Of a stretch of DNA of 64,000 nt, positions 60,712-64,000 are shown piece after piece. The translations under genes and the position numbers were made by a program. The DNA is from Candidatus Omnitrophota bacterium (GTDB lineage: Bacteria > Omnitrophota > Gorgyraeia > Pluralincolimonadales > Pluralincolimonadaceae). Where the stretch lies: contig JAQUPL010000001.1 of NCBI GenBank assembly GCA_028716565.1, forward strand, positions 280,479-344,478, read 5' to 3'. The notes under the pieces were generated by a model that worked only from the letters and a program-made list of their open reading frames with translations, did no database searches and had not been told where the DNA came from. Each line of letters begins with the position of its first letter. The first letter of the stretch is position 1.

Positions 60712-62415
60712 TTACATATTCGGGATATCTTCCTTCGGCGTTACCCTCATTACTTCGCCGGCCGTCGTCAAACCCTTTAAGATCTTCTCGATGCCCGCGT
60801 TGCGCAGCGTCCTCATCCCGAGGGCTACGGCCTTTCTTCCTATCTGGTCGGCCGATTTGTGGTTGAGCACCATCTCGCGTATCTCCTCGTTCAATACGAG
60901 GAACTCATGTATGGCGGTCCTTCCGCGGTAGCCGGTAAATTTGCACGCCTCGCATCCTTTCCCCTCGTATATCTCGGCGCCCTTCGGCGCGTCCTTCATG
61001 CCGAGCTCCTGCAGGACCACTTTCGCGTCTTTCGCCGGCCGTTTGCATTTCGGGCAGATAAGGCGGACTAGCCTCTGGGCGATGACGCACTCGACCGACG
61101 AAGCCACGAGATACGGCTCGATGCCCATATCAAGGAGTCGCGTCGTCGCGCCGGCCGCGTCGTTGGTGTGCAAGGTCGAAAAGACGAGATGTCCGGTGAG
61201 GGCTACCCTTATCGCTATCTCCGCGGTCTCGACGTCCCTTATCTCTCCCACCATCATCACGTCCGGGTCGTGCCTGAGCATCGACCTCAGCCCCTTGGCG
61301 AAAGTCAGTTCGACCTTATTATGGACCTGGATCTGCGTGATCCCCTTAAGGTGGTATTCTATAGGGTCTTCGATAGTAAGTATCTTAAGTTCCCTGTTAT
61401 TGATCTTCGATAGGCAGGCGTAAAGCGTCGTCGTCTTCCCTGAACCGGTCGGGCCGGTCAAAAGTATTATGCCGTGCGGCTTTTTTATCATCTCGTTCAG
61501 TATCTTGAGGTCGAAATCGGCCAAGCCAAGGTCCTCAAGGCTGTAAAGCATCTTCGCGAAGAGAAGCCTTATGCCTACGCTTTCGCCGTAAGGCGTCGGC
61601 AATATCGAAACCCTCAGATCGAGGTCCTCCTGGCCTACTTTCACCTTCATCCTGCCGTCCTGGGGCAGGCGGTGTTCGGCGATATTGAGGTTCGACATTA
61701 TCTTGATCCTGGAGATTATCGCGGACTGGAAATACTTGATATTCGGGGGGATCGCGGCGTCGTATAAAACGCCGTCTATCCTGTAGCGGACCTTCAGTTC
61801 GTCCTCGTAAGGCTCTATATGGATGTCGGTCGCCCGGTCGTGGTAGGCCTGCTGGATTATCTGGTTCACGAATTTTATTATAGAGGCGTCCTCGACAAGC
61901 TCCTCGGCCTCCTCGACGGCAAGGGACGGCCCGCCTGAGGCGGCGGTCTCTGCCATGATGCTTTCGATCGTGTCGGCGCCGATGCCGTAATACTTCTTGA
62001 CAGCTTCTATGATATCCTTCTCACCGCCGAGAAGCGGCCTGACTTCGCAGCCTAAAATGAGTTTTATGTCGTCGAGGGTGTGCAGGTCGAGCGGGTCGGT
62101 CACGACTATGGAGAGGATGCCGTCCTTCTCTTCCAGGGGCATCAACTTATAATGGACCGCGAACCTCGCCGGGACTTTCTCCGCTACCGGTTTGGGTATA
62201 TTCCTTTCCTTGAGCTTTACGTAGGGTATGCCGAGCTGCCTGGAGAGGACGGTCAGGACCTTCTCCTCGGCGGCGAAACCGAGGTCGGCGATTATCTGGC
62301 AAATAAATTTCCCGGACTTCTTCTGTTCATTAAGGCACATCTCCAGCTGTTCCGGAGTGATCACCTTATCGATTATCAGCATCTCGCCTATGAGAATGCC
62401 GTCCTTAATAGCCAT
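60712..62415 (-). CDS. gspE: Secretion ATPase GspE (T2SSE_N domain, ATPase, tetracysteine Zn site)
   Basis: 567 aa; N-terminal MshEN/T2SSE_N-like domain, Walker A GPTGSGKTTT, Asp and His boxes, Cys-x2-Cys...Cys-x2-Cys zinc motif. Confidence 0.9.
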   Translation of the reverse strand: MAIKDGILIGEMLIIDKVITPEQLEMCLNEQKKSGKFICQIIADLGFAAEEKVLTVLSRQLGIPYVKLKERNIPKPVAEKVPARFAVHYKLMPLEEKDGILSIVVTDPLDLHTLDDIKLILGCEVRPLLGGEKDIIEAVKKYYGIGADTIESIMAETAASGGPSLAVEEAEELVEDASIIKFVNQIIQQAYHDRATDIHIEPYEDELKVRYRIDGVLYDAAIPPNIKYFQSAIISRIKIMSNLNIAEHRLPQDGRMKVKVGQEDLDLRVSILPTPYGESVGIRLLFAKMLYSLEDLGLADFDLKILNEMIKKPHGIILLTGPTGSGKTTTLYACLSKINNRELKILTIEDPIEYHLKGITQIQVHNKVELTFAKGLRSMLRHDPDVMMVGEIRDVETAEIAIRVALTGHLVFSTLHTNDAAGATTRLLDMGIEPYLVASSVECVIAQRLVRLICPKCKRPAKDAKVVLQELGMKDAPKGAEIYEGKGCEACKFTGYRGRTAIHEFLVLNEEIREMVLNHKSADQIGRKAVALGMRTLRNAGIEKILKGLTTAGEVMRVTPKEDIPNM

Positions 62416-63144
62416 CTACCACCTCAATTCATAATTTAAGACCGAAAGCGCGCAGATAGCCGCGGTCTCTGACCTGAGGACCTCCGGGCCGAGCGAGACC
62501 GGCACGGCGCCCGCGGTTTTCGCGTCATTTATTTCCTTATCCGTAAAATCCCCTTCCGGGCCGATCAAGACAGCGGCCGATCTTACCTTCCTGCCTCCCA
62601 AAACTTCTTTTAGGGCCTTCGTATTCCCGGAAAGGCAGGGTATTATCTTGATCTCCGCGTCGTTTAAAATTTTCAAGGCATCCCCGAACCCTGTTACCGG
62701 CATTACCTCCGGTATCGTGGTCCTGCCGCATTGTTTGGCGGCAACGAGGGCTATCTTCCTCCAACGTTCCGTCTTAGAATTTTCCTTTTTCGCGTCCGAC
62801 CGGACAACGGTCCGTCCTGTCGTGACCGGAATTATCTTCGCGGCCCCCAGCTCCGTCGCTTTTTCGATGATCAGGTCCATCTTGTCCGATTTCGGGAGCG
62901 CCTGGACCAGTATCAGCCTGCAGCCTTCGTCCTTCCTTTCGACCGTCTTTTCTACCGCGACGGTCATCTGCTCCTTATCGACGTCCAATATGACGCCGTG
63001 GTATTCCTTGCCTGTCCCGTCAAAGACCGCTATCCCGTCTCCGGCAGCGAGGCGCATGACATCCCTGGCGTGATGGAGCTCGTCGCCGCGGATAATGATC
63101 TTTCCTCCTGCCACGCATTCCGGCGGCACATAAAATCTGCTCAA
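62416..63144 (-). CDS. rsmE: 16S rRNA (uracil1498-N3)-methyltransferase
   Basis: 242 aa; RsmE PUA-like N-terminus and SPOUT C-terminus (GPEGDFT motif). Confidence 0.85.
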   Translation of the reverse strand: MSRFYVPPECVAGGKIIIRGDELHHARDVMRLAAGDGIAVFDGTGKEYHGVILDVDKEQMTVAVEKTVERKDEGCRLILVQALPKSDKMDLIIEKATELGAAKIIPVTTGRTVVRSDAKKENSKTERWRKIALVAAKQCGRTTIPEVMPVTGFGDALKILNDAEIKIIPCLSGNTKALKEVLGGRKVRSAAVLIGPEGDFTDKEINDAKTAGAVPVSLGPEVLRSETAAICALSVLNYELRW

Positions 63145-63146
63145 GG

Positions 63147-63992
63147 TTATTCCTCTCCGAAGACCTGCGCGGTGAAGCTATACAATTCCGTCTTCTTGTC
63201 TTTCCAGGCATCTGCCGGAAGTCCGGCCTTATGCGCGCAGAGGTTGGAAAGGAACTCGTCCCTGGACCAGCCTGTCTCCGTCGCCACCTGCGGCAGGAAG
63301 ACGCCGCTATTAAAACCGCGCTTTACTATCACACCGTGTGTGCCCATCTTTATCTCGGTTATCTCCTGGACGCGTTTCGGCTGGGAAAGGACCGATATCT
63401 CTATCTTTATATCCTTGAGCTCACCGGGGGAGACCGGTTCGAATCTCGGGTCGTGCGAAGAGGATTGCACCGCCATATCGCGGACCGTCATCCAAAGGGG
63501 CTGGGTCCCGATTATGTTGCCGATGCACCCCCTGAGCTCACCCTTCTTGTGTAAAGTCACGAACGCCCCTTCCTGGGCGAGCAGGCCGGGATCGGTCTCT
63601 TTGAATTCCGGTATCTTGCCGTTCCTGACGGATGACTCGACGGTCTTCCGCGCTATATCCAGTAGTTCTTTCTTTTGCCCGGAGTTCAACATGCCTCCCT
63701 CCTCTTTATATTTATAAATGACCGCGCTGGCGTAACCGACTACCCGGCTTTTGTCCCCGGCCGTATCGCCGGAATTGGCGTATTTAAGGATCTGGACCTT
63801 ATCTGCGCCGAGGGCCTTGCCCGCGATCATAGCGGTTACTACCGGACCTGAGCCGCAAAGTTCGCACTCGCGGGCCGATGCCGATTCGGCGAAACGGGCC
63901 GCGTCAAAATTGAGCAGTTCGGATAATGTGACCCGGTCCTTAGCTATAGCGTCGTCATATTTGAGGTAATGCGAAAGGTCTGTGCTCGCCAC
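63147..63992 (-). CDS. AMMECR1-domain protein with an N-terminal extension resembling the C-terminal end of a Memo-like (AmmeMemoRadiSam protein B) domain; probably continues beyond the window
   Basis: C-terminal 180 aa carry the AMMECR1 GELRGCIG motif. The N-terminal 100 aa (…GDKSRVVGYASAVIY…) look like the end of a class-III extradiol-dioxygenase-fold protein. The ORF reaches the window edge. Confidence 0.55.
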   Translation of the reverse strand: MASTDLSHYLKYDDAIAKDRVTLSELLNFDAARFAESASARECELCGSGPVVTAMIAGKALGADKVQILKYANSGDTAGDKSRVVGYASAVIYKYKEEGGMLNSGQKKELLDIARKTVESSVRNGKIPEFKETDPGLLAQEGAFVTLHKKGELRGCIGNIIGTQPLWMTVRDMAVQSSSHDPRFEPVSPGELKDIKIEISVLSQPKRVQEITEIKMGTHGVIVKRGFNSGVFLPQVATETGWSRDEFLSNLCAHKAGLPADAWKDKKTELYSFTAQVFGEE

Positions 63993-64000
63993 TATAAGGA

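Overview
This is a GC-rich (about 55-60%) bacterial chromosomal segment, densely packed, with almost all genes on the minus strand. It is mostly core metabolism and information processing.

Genes identified, reading the minus strand from high to low coordinates:
- An AMMECR1-domain protein at the right edge and rsmE.
- A complete type II secretion / type IV pilus-like gene cluster (gspE-F-G-H-I-J-K, a PilM-PilN fusion resembling GspL, a PilO/GspM-like gene, a small MerR-like regulator, exeA, a PilP/GspC-like gene, and a secretin).
- smc, a divergent GAF-GGDEF gene, and an FMN riboswitch in front of ribBA-ribH-nusB-(PHP phosphoesterase)-ribD-ribE.
- A staphylococcal-type nuclease, tRNA-Pro(CGG), acyP, ligA, a lipoprotein, an MBL-fold hydrolase, xerD, tRNA-Arg(CCG), a TauE-like gene, a PagL-like gene, a large DHH-CBS-CCA-adding-enzyme fusion, rbfA-nrnA-truB-ribF-rpsO-pnp, ftsK, rodZ, rimO, pgsA-pgpA, plus-strand thpR, a signal-peptide-less solute-binding-like protein co-operonic with a GAF-GAF-GGDEF gene, plus-strand cinA and pabB-pabC fusion, an 1100-aa secreted triple F5/8 (discoidin) protein, an amidohydrolase, and one unbroken co-directional string recA-htrA-recX-alaS-hisDBHAFI-trpE.

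No CRISPR array, transposase or prophage is evident.

The most unusual points are the non-canonical secretion/pilus cluster (secretin with a TonB-C-like C-terminal extension, PilM-PilN fusion, embedded MerR-like gene), a roughly 540-bp AT-rich in-frame segment inside alaS, a PHP phosphoesterase inside the riboflavin operon, a cytoplasmic SBP-fold protein paired with a diguanylate cyclase, and several structured intergenic elements (tandem 30-bp repeats, consensus leaderless promoters, an inverted-repeat-rich divergent promoter region). All calls rest on reading the provided translations and sequence by eye; no database searches were run.
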